Assembly: GCF_038025025.1 (NCBI RefSeq)
Contig: NW_027117342.1
Span: 2,418,001-2,469,777 of the forward strand
Source: Phyllosticta citribraziliensis
Lineage: Eukaryota
DNA length: 51,777 nucleotides
Reading direction: 5' to 3'
The position numbers and the translations under genes were made by a program. The notes under the pieces are model-generated. The model saw only the letters and a program-made list of their open reading frames with translations. It made no database searches and had not been told where the DNA came from. Shown piece after piece: positions 1-13,055 of the stretch; position 1 is the first letter of the stretch; each line of letters starts with the position of its first letter.

Positions 1-612
1 ACCCATTGGTGCCGTCCTGCCCTGTGATCTGAATCGCACAACAGCGCGTGAGGAAAGCATAGGGTTGGCTTTTGGTATATATTCGTTTTGGAATTTTCTA
101 TTTCGCATTTTGCCAAGGGGCAGCCGAGGGTCAGTCGGGCGCTAGAGCCCCGTAGAGTGCGGTAGTGGTGGTCGAGTCGGGCTGCTACGTGTATCGGCTT
201 CCATCGTCCTGGGCAGGGGGCTGGTCACGCAGACGGGCCATGCGAAGGTTTCTGGAGGGTCCGATTGGATTTGATGGCATTCCTCAGGGCCAATATAAGA
301 GACTCTGCAGGCAACGACGCCCATTGTGGCTTGTGAGGGTGGCTGTGCGCTGCATTGATCCACTGGACCCTTGGGACTTGCGCGTTGCATCATGGGCAAT
401 CAATCGACTTCCTTCTTACAAGCACAGCCGGTCAAAGTATATGAGGGCCCGACATCCCTGACCACCTCCTCCGACTCCTCTCCTTAGGTTGTCGCTCCGC
501 CATCACGTCCGTCGACCGGATCCCTTCATCTGTCGTCTCCCCCCGACACCCTCTCGCCGCTCGCCGCCTCGCCCGCGTCCGGTCCGCCCACCACCAGCCC
601 GTCGTGATCGCC

Positions 613-2082
613 ATGGCCGAGTCAAAGCCAGCAGCGCCTTTGTCGCCAGATTCTGGGCCTACTGATCCGCATCTTCCCAAGCTGCCCTCCGGCTGGATAG
701 CCCAGTGGGATAGCTCGTACGTTGTCCGCCCTCGTTCCACCGCCGCTCCCTCGTCCGGATCGCTTTGTTCGGCTTACACGCATCTCGGCGCTGACCCTCT
801 GCCTTTCCAGCTCGCGCAAGTACTACTACGTCCAGATCAGCACCGGAGTCTCGCAATGGGAGCTACCCACCAGCGAGGCGCCCGCCGGCCCCTCCAAGCG
901 CCCCGAACAGATCCCGCCGCTCGAAAGTGAGGCCGGCCAAGAGCTCACAAGAGGCGCAAACGGAAGCGCAGCGGATTACTCTGGAGACCGCGGCTTGGGT
1001 GTAAGCCCCCTTCCGTGGGCGGCCGGTCTCAAATGAGACTTGCGAGAGGAGGTACTGACGCCGACTCTAGAGCACAGCATTGCACCTGCTCGCCGGCCAA
1101 CAGCATGGGAAGCAATCGTCTGGAATCGGCGGCCTCGCGTCATCCTTTCTCGGTGGTGGCTCACACGGATCCTCGCACGCACAATCGTCGAGTAGTCACA
1201 ACAGCGGCACTGGAGGTCTCGTCGGACAGCTCGCGAGCGGCCTTCTCGGAGGGTCCAAGCCGCATGCGCAGCAGCAGAGTCACGGAAACTCTACTAGCTC
1301 GCATCAGAGCGGGCTGAGTGGAGTCCTGGGTGGAATTTTGGGAAGCAGTCACAGCTCGGTTTGTTTTACCTTTGGCAAGCAAGTGCTTCGGTCTGATATT
1401 CTTTCGACAGAGCCAACAGCAGCAACAACAAAGTTACAGGTATTCCTCATCAGGCGCACCTTCGGGCGGCTACTCTGGCACGGCACCACCTGTGCAGTAC
1501 ACTCCTGGAAGCTCAGCTGGTCACACTCCCTCAGCAACCGGGGCTTACACTCCGAGCGGACCTCAGTATCCGGGCCAGCCGGGATATAACAACCACTACC
1601 CAGCGGCGTCTCCCCAACCAGGCCATGCACAATACCAAGCGGCGCCACAGTCTTCCTCGTTTGGACCAGGACAACCTGCTCAGGCATATGTTCCTCAGGG
1701 ACACAATTCGTTTCCGCCTCCGCCTCCCCAACACCAGACCTATGTGGCCTCATCGGCGAACATTTCTGCTCCTACACAGACCCAATTCGGACAAACAACT
1801 CAACATGACCACAGTCAAGGTGGCTACTTCAACCAACCGAGTTATGGGCAAGCAGCCTATGGGAACGGACAGTTCCAGCATCAACCGGCCCCTGTCGCTC
1901 CCGAAAGCTACGGCACAAGCACTACGCACGCGGCTCCGCCGTCATACGTGCAGAATGCGTCCCAAAGCGGCTTCACACAACAAGCGCCCCAACAAGCAGC
2001 TTACAACCCGCAAACCTACGGTCAGCCGCAGCAACACAACCAGTACCACGCAACGGGAGCGCCACCACAGCCAGGCTGGTGA
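613..2082 (+). CDS. WW-domain protein with Gly-rich repeats and Q/P/Y-rich low-complexity C-terminus (4 exons)
   Basis: Spliced LPSGWIAQWDSSSRKYYYVQISTGVSQWELP is a WW domain. Introns ~717-810, 1001-1070, 1359-1410 (GT..AG). Confidence 0.85.
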
Positions 2083-2311
2083 GCCCACGATCGAAGAAGT
2101 GTAAGATGTCGAGATATATTATCAAGTTCGGCTGTTTGTTGGATGTAAAGTAACAACGGACGGGTCGGTAAATTGCCTTATACCATGCACAGGAGAGAGA
2201 GAGAGAGAGCGCAGAAGAAGGGTCGCACGAGTGTCCCCCAGAAGCCAGGATAGCAAATACGAAGAGAGCCACACGGTGACTTGAAGTTGGATATCTTGGG
2301 CGGTTAATATT

Positions 2312-3831
2312 TCAATCATCGTCCTCCATCAATTCCGCAAGCTCGCGTTCCTCATCCTCGTCTAGTTCGATTTCCTTCTTCTCGTCTTCAATCTCCTTGG
2401 ACTCGCCCTGCTTTAGCCGCTCAGCCTCTTCTATCGCGCTCTTCAAGTCCTGCGCCTTGAGGCTCCACTGACGAATCGTCCCGTCGATGGAGACGCTAAC
2501 CAGGCGCTGGCCCGACAGCAGCAGCAGGCCCGTCACCTCCTCGTAGTGCCCGGCGAAGGTGTGGTGCAGCTTGCCCGAGCCCCTGTCCCAGATGCGCACC
2601 TCCTCGTCCCTGCACGCCGTGACGACCCAGCCGCCGGCCTCGTCGACGACCACGTCGCGCACAAAGTCCGGGTGCGCCAGGGTCGTGTCGGGCTCCCAGT
2701 CGCGCGCGCGGCTCAGGCACTTGGCCGAGCGGTCCGCCGACGCCGTCCACAGGTCATCGTCAGCGTCGAAGTACAGCGCGTCAACGCTCGTCTCGTGCCG
2801 CACCAGCGGCTCGACGTCCTGCGGCGCCGCCGCGCCTTCATTGCTCTCAACTTCTTCCTCGTTCACCGCCGCCGCGCCTCCTCTGATGGGCACCTCGCGC
2901 CCTTGGCCCCGCTCCAGCCGCCACGCGCGGATCTCGCGGTCGCTGCCTGCACTCAGCACAGTGACGGCGGGCGCCTGCTTGGCCAGCCGCGTCGTGTGGG
3001 CCGCCGGGTCCAGCGCGAGCGCCAGCACGCCGCGCGCGTGGCCCTGGAGCTTGTACAGCGGCGCGCGCTGCGCAACGTCCCACACGACGATGGCGGCGTC
3101 GGCGCCGCCCGACACCAGCACGTCGAGCCCGCCCAGCGAGCAGGCGAGCAGCGTCTTGACGAAGTCGGTGTGTGCGCCGGCGAGGCGGCCGCTGGAGGCG
3201 ACGGTTGTGGGCTTCTTCTTGGGTGTTGGCGTGTTTGTCGGGGCGGTTGCGGTTGCGGTAGCGGAGGTAGAAGTAGTGGTAGAGGAGGTAGAGGAGGGCA
3301 GCGGCCAGAGCCACACGCTCTTATCCCAGCAGCCGGCGGCGACGAGGCGCGCCTTTGGCAGCAGCGCGAGCGACGTGAGGGGCGCGGCGGGCCCGTCGAA
3401 GCGGTGCGTCACTTCACCCGTCTAGGTAATCAAAACCCAGTCAGTCCAGTTCAGTTCAACTCGGTCCATTCGTCCGTCTCCATGTGCAAGCGAACGGGGT
3501 CTCAGTGTCGGGGCCATACACACTTCTAGCACAACTCTCTTGACGCAGCCCGCCGCCTCGGCGACGTACACGGCGCTCTTATTGTCGTCCAACGGGTCGG
3601 TGGCGACGGCGAGCAGCTTCGACGGCAGCTTGATGGGCGCGCCGAGCTCGTTCTTGGCCTTTTGCGCCTTGCGCGCGGATTCGGAGAGGGCGGTGCTGGG
3701 GGTGCGATTTAGTGTGTTGTTGTTGATGATGCTGCTTGCTGCGCGCAGAGAAGAAAGACGGTGGTGGGAGTGAGGGGGGCACAAGCTCACGAGGTTTGGA
3801 AAAAGTGGCCGGGGTCTGCGGAGCGTGACAT
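2312..3831 (-). CDS. WD40-repeat protein (3 exons)
   Basis: MSRSADPGHFFQT start; introns ~3790-3696 and 3522-3422; several GH..WD repeats (AHTDFVK..SGGADAAIVVWD; GHYEEVTGL..SVSIDGTIRQW). Confidence 0.88.
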
Positions 3832-4419
3832 GTTGGGCGGCGGCGTGGTTGGTGTCTTCCTTGGTTGTTGGAAGAGGAGGAGAGAGAATGGCGGAGAGAG
3901 AATGGCGGAGAGAGTTGGGTTTGGTGGGGCACCCACCAGGGGTGTCGTCGTCGCTGTGGGGTGGGGTCTTCTGGAAAACGCGTCTGCGGTGCGTCTGAGC
4001 GTGGTCACAGGACCGCCTGCTGTCCAAGCTGCCGGTGCTGTATAGCCCCAATATTCCCTTTCCCATCTTGCCTTTGAATAGCATGTATCATTTTCCTTTA
4101 GTTTGCTATGTATGTAGTCCTGCCCATGCCAGACTTCGGGCTGTCTGCCCCTCCTCCATTATCGATTTCTCCCGACTGATATTTCATCCAGCCGCCCACG
4201 CAAAAGCATTCCGTGGCAGCAGGCCAACAATCCGCTATTGGCAACCTGATCCGTTCCATAAGATGACCACACCGTGCAATGAACCAACCAAACGCCATCC
4301 CTTGTCAAATGGGTATAACAAAGAAGCCTCGTCCCGGGCCATTGAACGCGCCAAGAAGAAGAGACAGAAGCTAGCCGAAAAAGAAGGGCCTCAATTGCAC
4401 GCTCTCGCTCTGACCACCA

Positions 4420-6910
4420 TCACCACGCATAATTGTCATCGTCTTCGGGGAGGATGTTGTCATCGCCGTTCCAATCCTCGTCGCCGCTGGCCTCGGAGTC
4501 GAGAAAGTCGTTTTCGTTGAACTGCTCCTCGCGGGGCCGCAGGTTGTCGATGCGGATGTCGACCACCTCGCACATTCCCTGGATGAACTTTTCCTCGACG
4601 ATGTTCTTCTTCGCCGGTGGTTGGGGGCTCGGGGTGGCAGCCATCATGAAGACATCGCCATCGTCGTCTGGATTCTCCTCGGAATCGCTCTCCATGAAGG
4701 AGCCTGCTGCCGCACGGTGCGGACGCAAGAGCCGCCTGCGACTTGGTTCCTGATCGTCTTTGGGCGTGACTTGCATGTGGTTGAACGTCATGGCCTTTTC
4801 TAGCTTCTGAGGACTGTCGTCTGGGGTGAGAGTAGGCGGAAGCTCCTTCAACATCCTGAATCTCTTGCTTGACATGAGGTGCGGATTTGGGGGCGGGGAT
4901 ATTCTTTGAAACACCTTTTGCAGCCTTCCAATCCATAGATCTCGGAATCCGGCACGATCCCGCCATCCAATATCCAACGTTGCCTTGAGCACCAGTCTGC
5001 GGAGGTCGGGCAGTTGCTCTGCAGAATCGATGAGCGATGAGAAAAACGTCTCGGCGGCGCCGGAACCCCACTTCCTCAGATGCACCATCTCAATCGTTTG
5101 GAGCGTCGATGGCCAGCTGGGTATTTCTTCTTCCTTGAGCAATTCATCATACTTGGGGTCGGAGTCACGGAAAGTCGCATGAGAGTCGAAGTAGTTCAAG
5201 TCCATTTTGAGGACCTGAAGCCTTGGGCAAGCTCTCTTGAGATCGGGCAAAAAGGAAATGTCCAGGGCTTGGTTATGGTTGAGGACCAGGCTAAGCAGCT
5301 GGCCACCGCGGGAGACTAAAAAGTCACGGAGAATCTCGGAAGTGATGTTATGACAATTCACAGTGGTCAGATGTTGAAGGCTGTCCTTCAAAAGCGGTAG
5401 TAATTCCCCGTCGATGACCGGACAAGACTCAAAGGCCAGACTCTTCAATCCCGGGACAAGTGCAAGGTTGTCTGCCAGGACTTGCTTGCCGCTGCGTTGG
5501 TTCGCGGCGTCATTCCCATCCTCCACATTCTCTTTATCAAATTGCTGGAGAGAAATGTGCTCCAAGCGTTGAAAGGATTCCATCTGATGAATCTGTCCCA
5601 TCCAGAATAGCGTCTGGTCCCGGGTCCGAAAAGTTGAATTCCAGGTCCATGATTTCAGTCGCAGTGCACTCTCGCCAAGTGCCTTGAACAATTCGGCGCT
5701 GTAGTGCCAACGACCCGAGTTTGGCATGGGGCGGAAAGGAGGACGAGCTTGCGGGTGGACGATTGCAAGTTCAGTCAACTTGGGGACGTGTGGAATCAAG
5801 TCGCCCAACTCAAATTGACCCCTCCCTGTCCAGCTATAGGCCAGTATCTCGGGGGCGTCAAATTCCAGACGACGTATTTTCACGTTGTAGTTGATGAACT
5901 TGGAAGTCGAAGGGTCAGAGAGGAGACTGAGCAGCCGGTGAGGCTTGTCGACCCTGATCAATGGCGGGCACCGATAGAGCGCCGTCAAAGCCGGCTCGGC
6001 AAAGTCCTTGCACACTCGAGCCACGCCAATGAGCCAGGAAATGTTGGAGGTAGGGTTGAAGTCGTCGTCATGAAGAGGGGTCGAGGCGAAAGAGAATATG
6101 TCCAGTAGGATCTGGTACGGAAGCGTGGCCCACGGCGGCACAAAACCATCGGTTTCCAGCACAGCCGCTTGATTTGGCGGGGTGGATTGCTTCGCTGCGT
6201 CGCATGGTAAGCAATGGAGCTCGTCGTACATGGATTTCAAAAAACTCACTGGACCCTGCATTTGAGCGACTGCGGCTCGCCATCTTCTTCGCAAACGACC
6301 GTGTGTTTCGCCGTGGGCCCTGGCGACGTCTGGCTCTTCGCTTTCGAGGCCTCGAGCCGTCAGAGTTGCCATCGTCGCTGTCGTCATCCGATGGAGTCTC
6401 GGTGACGAGGGGGGCAGATTCGCGGCGCAGCTCTGCGGAGGCTTGAAGACTCCGAGTCCTCCTCAACCTGCCTGTGCGCCTTGGCCTAGGGCCTGACTCG
6501 TTGTGCGCCGAGTCTCCATGGCGCTCAGCGTCGGAGCTGGGAAGCTGGTAGGATTTGGAAGGTAGACGGCGTAGCTTTGTGGTGATCTCGGGGCTGGCAG
6601 ACAGCAGTCCGTGGTTGCGGTTGCGACGGGGAGGAGACTCGAGGGGCGGCGACTGGTGGGGTTCGTCGTCTAGGGAGTCGTCGTCGCTAGGGTCTTTGTA
6701 GGAGACAGCATTTCGGGAGCGCGCTGGGCGTTGCGACTGTTGGGAATGGGAATGGTGGGTGCGCCTGCGCTTGCGCACATGGGTGTGGTCGTCGTCATGA
6801 TGGGCAGAAGCTTGGTCGACCGGATCGGGATGAAGGTCGTCGTCAGAGGTGCTGGGCTCGCGGTAGGAAATGTGTCTTGTCAAGCGGCCGGCTCGGGAGA
6901 GAGCAGGCAT
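4420..6910 (-). CDS. F-box-like/leucine-rich-repeat (RNI-like) protein with disordered N-terminus
   Basis: ORFs 6068-6910 and 4420-6387 are joined in frame by intron 6249-6195 (GTGAGT..CAG). WATLPYQILLDIF is F-box-like; LxxLxL..C repeats follow. Confidence 0.75.
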
Positions 6911-8079
6911 CGCTGGACGAGGGGGATGCAGAGAGGAGACGATGAGGGCAAAGGTAGCACAGAAAAGCGCGAACCGAAGTCAGAGTCGAGACTGGGATGT
7001 TGTGTAAGAGTGTGGGGGGGAGCGAAGCGCCACGGACGGATCGACGCCGCTGCGGTGTGCGGGCCGCTGCTCACCTGAGGCATCTCTGGTCTGTGCACCT
7101 TAGTAAGCACGGCCATCGGACATCCCATCCATCTTCTCCCCATGATGAAGTGGGCACAAATGAATGCTGCAACGTTCGACGAGCTATAACTCTGAATTGG
7201 TGTGGCACGAATTGATGCTCTGTGCCTTTTAAGAGGCTTTGACATGTGCTTCGGCCAACACTGCAGCTCCGTGCCATCAATCAAACTCGCACCATTTTTT
7301 GATGAAATTTCATACACGCACATGTAGCATTCTTTTAAGCAATTCCTACATGTCCACAAACAAGTTATAAAGGCCAATGTCGGCGTGATGGCGTGAGTCG
7401 CCGTCTGCCAGGAGCCGCTTTGGGCCTGACATGGGCAGGTCGTTATGTAAGCACATCTAACGTAGTCTCTTCTTACAGACTGCTCCAAAGTCTATTTCTG
7501 CGTCCTAGACACCATGGCCCCTGGTATTCTTAGTCCATGACCAAGCTAGAAAGGAAAGGCACGCTTTGAACTTGTTCAGCCCACCTTGACATTGGATGTC
7601 CCCCTTCGTCTTGAAAAGCACGTACCCGGCACGTGATCCGCCGACGGCACTTCCTTGGTTCCTTCCCCAACGCGTCGCGTCGGCAATCTGCAGTGCAGTT
7701 GCGCTGCCAGGTCGGTGAGCAAACTCTCCACTCCGGCCTCTCAGCGGCTCGTCTTCCTGTCTTCTTCGCCTTCTTCCCAAGGCCCCTCAACAATCTACCA
7801 TCACCAAACTCCCATCGCCCTATGTACCTCACCGCTGGCTAATCATCCTTTCCTTAGATGACCTCCGCGGCTTCCGAGTTTAATTACATTCACAAACCTT
7901 TCTTTTTTTGGTCTTTCCCCAGGCTTAAAAGTCCTACTCGCCAGTCCCAAAAATTCAGATCACACCTACCCTATGCCTCAACAAGCCGTCCCTTAACTCG
8001 AGGTTGGTGATTCAGAAAGCCACTTGCTCGACAAGCTGGTCTGCTATCTTCACTATTATAGCAGTGGGGTAGTAGGGTC

Positions 8080-10378
8080 ATGCCTACCCAACCCGGACTT
8101 GAGAAGCAGATCAACAGCACAAGGTTCCTGTATTCGAATATAAACCAAGATCGACGAACGCCGTTTCTACAGAGGAACCTCACACAGGCTCTAAATCAAC
8201 ATCAATCATCGAAAGCTCAGACCCTGTTGAGCAATGAGGCGTCAACTCGTGCGCCTAGTCGGCGATCATGGGCGCCTCCCAATGCCCATCTTGCCTCGGT
8301 CATCGGTTCAAGGCATTCATCTTACGAGCTTCGATTGCACTCAGGACTCGCCATAAAACCGCCCGCTCATTCAAACAACACAACTGCACATGATAGCCTG
8401 GTTTTTACCGCAAGATCCTTCTTGACCTTTTCGCTTTACAGAAAAGAGGAAGGAGGCCCATGGACGACCAGATACAAAATCGGGAGTGAGGCAACACTCA
8501 AGGCACATCGCGACGGAACTGCCACTTTATCCCTATTGCAGCCTCCAACATTTCCTGCTCAAGTATTTCAAGGCCTGGAGAAGGAGTACAACGGTGGAAA
8601 CCTGGGTACACATGTTGGTCCCAAATACGTCCTCAAGATTGCGCTCCAGTGTGCGTACCCGTCGGACAATAACGAAGTCTTTAAATTTCTGGGCATAGAC
8701 CAGCAGCGGGGTTCTGATGGGCAATACCTGCGCTCCTATGTGCATCACCTTCCACGATGCCCGGCCACAGACAGGGGCTTTGAAATCAAACTCGCCAACA
8801 GCAACGAGAAGATGTTGTGTAAATCTGAACACACACTACACGTCGATATGGATTGGGTTGTGCCAAACATGAGCATCATGGAGGAGTATAACCGAACAAT
8901 CCGTCTTGAACGTGGACAGGGTTCATCTGTGCCAATGCAGCCCATGGAGCCAGTGCGCATCACGTACAGATGCGACCAAGCGGGTATGCAAAAGCCGCTC
9001 GTGGTCCAGGGCTCTCTGTGTCCAATATGCTGGATGCGCGATTTCAGGACTGTGGAGCGTCTTCAGCTGCACATGAAGCTGCAGCATGATCGCTTCCATT
9101 TTGCTTTCAAAGAATTCAAACCGCCCGAATGTCCATCTTCCAAAGGGGTACACGTTAGGCTCACGTTTAAGGAACGTACGGAGAAACCACATTCGACTGG
9201 AAGAAAATTCCAGGAAATCCGGTGGATCGCCCCTACCCGACCTTTTGACCTCGATGCTTTTCTGGCGGGGGACGAATCGTGGGTTGAAGGGAAGAGACGC
9301 AGAGCCCCTCTTGCCGCCATCGCCGCACTTGATGCCAAAATACAAAGAAGGCCAGAAGATGTCGAAGATCTACCAAAGCCGGCGCGGAAGCGATACAAGG
9401 TCCCTCGCATCATCCAGGAGGCCGAGAAAGAAATCGTCCTATTCGCCATGCACTCCCGACGGCCGCTCGTAGAGGGCGAGGAAATCAGCGAGGATGACAA
9501 TTCAACAATCCCAGCCTATGCCGTCTCAAAGATCAGGCGCAGGAGCCCGAATATGCCTCGCACTGCAGTAGAGTTCGAGGACAAATGGGACGCCTATATG
9601 CTGGACGAGCGCTTGAACAGTGATTTCGTGGGCGAGGCTGTCGTTCGCTTCCTTCGACACAACGAGACGTGGATCAAAAACATTCCTGGCATGCTAAATG
9701 AGTGGCTCAACAAGCTCGGCGAACTGAAGGAGGATGGCCTGCTTAGCGCTGCTTTCTACAAGTACCTGACTAGCGATACTAGCACCGATTTCTCCGATTT
9801 CTCCAAAGCTCAAGAAACTCGAGTAGAAACAAGCATTGATAAAGCCAAGGACGCAGAAGCTGGCAAGAAGAGAAAGCGGGCCGATGCGAGCGACAATACG
9901 GACCCATTCTGCCGTCCTAGCTCTCCCAAGAAAACGAAGCTGAATGGCGAACAAGTCGAGCAGCCAAGTGGCAAGGAAAACACATCGCCAAAAGAAGCGA
10001 GTCTGCCCAGCCAAGGCCCGGCGAGCAATCCGCTGTCGAAGAACTCCATTGTTCAGACCCAACCTGGCCGCCGCGACAAGCCCAGCGGGACAACAAAAAG
10101 CACGACTGGCAAAGGCGGGACTCTCCCGAAAGCTTCTCTGCCCGACGTATGTTCCTGCGTCTGCGGGAAGCCCGTTGCGACCACTGATACTCCCGCAGCC
10201 ATCACCTGCGCCAACATCGTAAGTACCCCACGAGCTCCGACGGGACCAGCAGTACAACCAGCTAACACCGCCGCTCCAGGAGTGCCTCCGCGAAGAATTC
10301 CACTTGTTCTGCGTGGGCCTCGACAAGCGCGTTGCTGGGTGGCGATGCGACGACTGTGCTGCGCCGAATGCACGGTAA
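8080..10378 (+). CDS. suz12: SUZ12-like Polycomb PRC2 subunit (C2H2 zinc finger + VEFS-like box) with C-terminal PHD finger
   Basis: N-terminal RRTPFLQRNL; zinc finger CPIC..LQLHMKLQHDRFHF; VEFS-like RRPLVEGEEISEDD..FEDKWDAYM. Intron 10219-10279 adds ECLREEFHLFCVGL..WRCDDC. Confidence 0.75.
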
Positions 10379-11725
10379 ACCCATCTCACCCAAGGCATCC
10401 TTTTCTTCTCTTGCTCAACTAATCTTCCGTGTGCGATGACAGCGAGTTGGACATGCCGCCGCCTCTCCCTCCGCCTTTCCCTCATCCTTTGTCCCTCCTT
10501 TCTCGTTTCTTTGCTTGGTAGCACGCATAGCATGGCGTAGCATGGTCGATTGACTGATTGATTGCATCCGCTCCTCCACGGCGTTTCGAAAAGCCCCTCC
10601 TTGCTCTTTTTGCACCGTCGATAGCGGCATGATTGGCGTCCCCTCCCTGTTTTCTTCTGCGAGCGAGTGTGCTTGCATGGCGGATACCCTGAGTTCATCT
10701 CTATTTTGCTCTCTGCGTTTGTGCTTTTGCAGCATCGGCTGGAATTCCTTGCGGAAGTTGCTTTGCGGACACACTGTTTGCTTCCTCGCTACATACTGCG
10801 GTCTTGTGTATATCCTACACACGCCCAAGACTGTTGCTGCTATGCGTCTCTTGCTTTGAGGACTCGAGTGCGTGGGTTGATAGATTGCTTCGTCGCCTTC
10901 TGAGTGGGCCTTTTGGCTCGTCGACTTGCTGGCTTGCTATTTGTCGATGCCACACGTATATCCGTGTACAGACAGACAAATAGAAACCTTTCCTCTCACT
11001 CTACGACGCCGGCGGGAGCGGAAAGTCAAGATACGAGATTCCCATGCATGGATTTCAGCTTTCAAAAAGTCTGGACTACTTAAAGTTGAGCAGTCCTTTT
11101 TAAACTTTCGCGTCGTGAAGTTTATTATGATACCTGGTACGGCTCACCAGCTTTGGTTCGGTGCAGTGTGATAGAGTTTAGGCCCTGCACGGTCTGACTC
11201 GGTTCTGCGACTCTGAAGTCTGCTTGCGTTTTATCTTCGTGATTATTGTGTACTGCTTGTGGGCTGTGAGGCTTAAATGTACGACCAGGTAGATCTTTCG
11301 CTGTGGCGGTGGACCAGGACGACATGCTGGTGTAGTCGACCTATCTTGGGCATGGCGTTTGGGAGGAGATGCTGTCAAAGAGACGACGCTGCTCAGAGAC
11401 GATGGCTGGCATGTCACGGCCGCTGCTTCCTGGCTTTTGGGTCATGGCTGCATGTGAGTGATGCGAGGGATATGAGAGACGGAGAGAGGAGGTACATTCG
11501 ATCGAGGCAAAAAACGCGCAAGAGATCCACGCTGTCGAAAGCAGCCGATCCCACTCGATGGAGACTTCAATTCTTGAAATGCCGCCGTTGCCGCAGCAGC
11601 CATTGAAGCCGCAGTGGAGCTCCCTACGCTATCCCGACCTATCTCCAAACCATATCCAACCTTTATCAACCTGCACCAACAAAGAGCTGGCGTGGCCTTG
11701 CTCCGTCGTCCAAAGCAAGCAACGC

Positions 11726-12508
11726 TCAAGACGAAGCAGCGCCGGAGACGTCGCGCTCATCCGGCTTCAAATAGACACGCGCGCACTTCTCCGGGAGCTC
11801 GGCGTCGTTCAGGGCGCCCGGCACCGCGGCCGCGTTGTGCAGCCAGAAGAGCTGGAAGCTATAGTCCTGGAGCTGGCAGACTGTGGTTATCTATCATCAG
11901 CGGCAAGTCCGCGCGTTGGGCGGCGGAGGAGAAGGGAGAGAGAGAGAGAAAAACTTACCGACCCAGCCGAGGAAGTCGGTGGAGAGGGGGACGAGGCCGT
12001 CTTGCGCGGGCTTGTGGAAGAGCTCGGCGTGTATGGAGCTGGCGCGCTTGGATCGGACCGTGTACGCTTTGATGGTGACGGGGTCGAAGATGGAGATGTT
12101 GGAGGGCTCGAACGGCTGCACCAGGGGCTGCGTCATCGGGTGTCTGGGAGCAGTCAGTCTCAGTGCCATGAACGCGCAGTTTTGAGAGAGCTTGGGGCGT
12201 TCTTACGCGGCGTCGTCGACGGGGACGTCAAAAGAGAGGTAGTTGACGTCGAAGCTGAACGTCTGGTTCAAGAAGGCCATGGGACCGGGGTCCTTCTGGA
12301 CGAAGAGCTTGCCAGCGGTGCCGGACATGACAGGGACGACGGTCTTGCCATGGAAGCGAGCCTTGGTGACGAATTCGGTCGTGTTGACGAGCTCGGTCAG
12401 GATGTGGAATTTGGTCCGGCCACCGGGGGTGACGTTGGTGAGAGGGGTGGCGGCGGCAATCTGGAGCAGGACGGCCAAGAGCAGAGGGAGGATGGACTGG
12501 AAGAGCAT
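11726..12508 (-). CDS. Small secreted / cell-wall-type protein (3 exons)
   Basis: Signal peptide MLFQSILPLLLAVLLQIAAA. GTAAG donors at ~12207 and ~11957. Last exons give FLGW..CQ..FQLFW..CARVYL. Confidence 0.7.
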
Positions 12509-13055
12509 GGTGGTTGGTGGGTGGAAGAGGTTGCGGGTGTAGTGTTCAAGAAACACCCAAACTGTCTGCGTGAACGATTATATATGCCTTAAGCAAGATT
12601 CGGTGCGCCTGGTGGATGGTAATTGGAAGGCACACTGAGCCTTCACGAGAGAGCTGATTAAATGACCTGGGCGGACAGGACTAAGGAGTATTCTATTCCA
12701 TTGCTTGCATCCATGATATCGCTTGCCACCAAAACAAGCAGCAGAGCAGACCCGATTGCAGACCTTCTCTTAACACCAAACTTGATGTTGCTTTGATCTG
12801 TACAATCGAGCTCCTAAACCTCATCCACTGGACATTCCAGAACACCTGGCTGTCTTTGTGTTGAAAGTCAGCAAGGTTAGTAATGAAACCTCGCTCTGCA
12901 AGTTGAAAGTCATTAATGTATAGCGCTTCTACTAACCCCGTCTCATAGCTCAGAAATTTGACGCATGTTGTCCATGCTGCCATTCTGCTGTCGTCTACTC
13001 AGAGCCGTCCTGTCATGCCTCCATCGATTCAAACGGCATCATTAGACCTTCTGAC

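Noticed and set aside
2546..3529. Long plus-strand ORFs over the WD40 gene
   Set aside because: Antisense shadows caused by high GC3.
6068..6387. Apparent frameshift between overlapping ORFs
   Set aside because: Explained by the 55-nt intron 6249-6195.
11558..12592. 344-aa plus-strand ORF
   Set aside because: Antisense shadow of the spliced secreted-protein gene; no motif and a non-ATG start.
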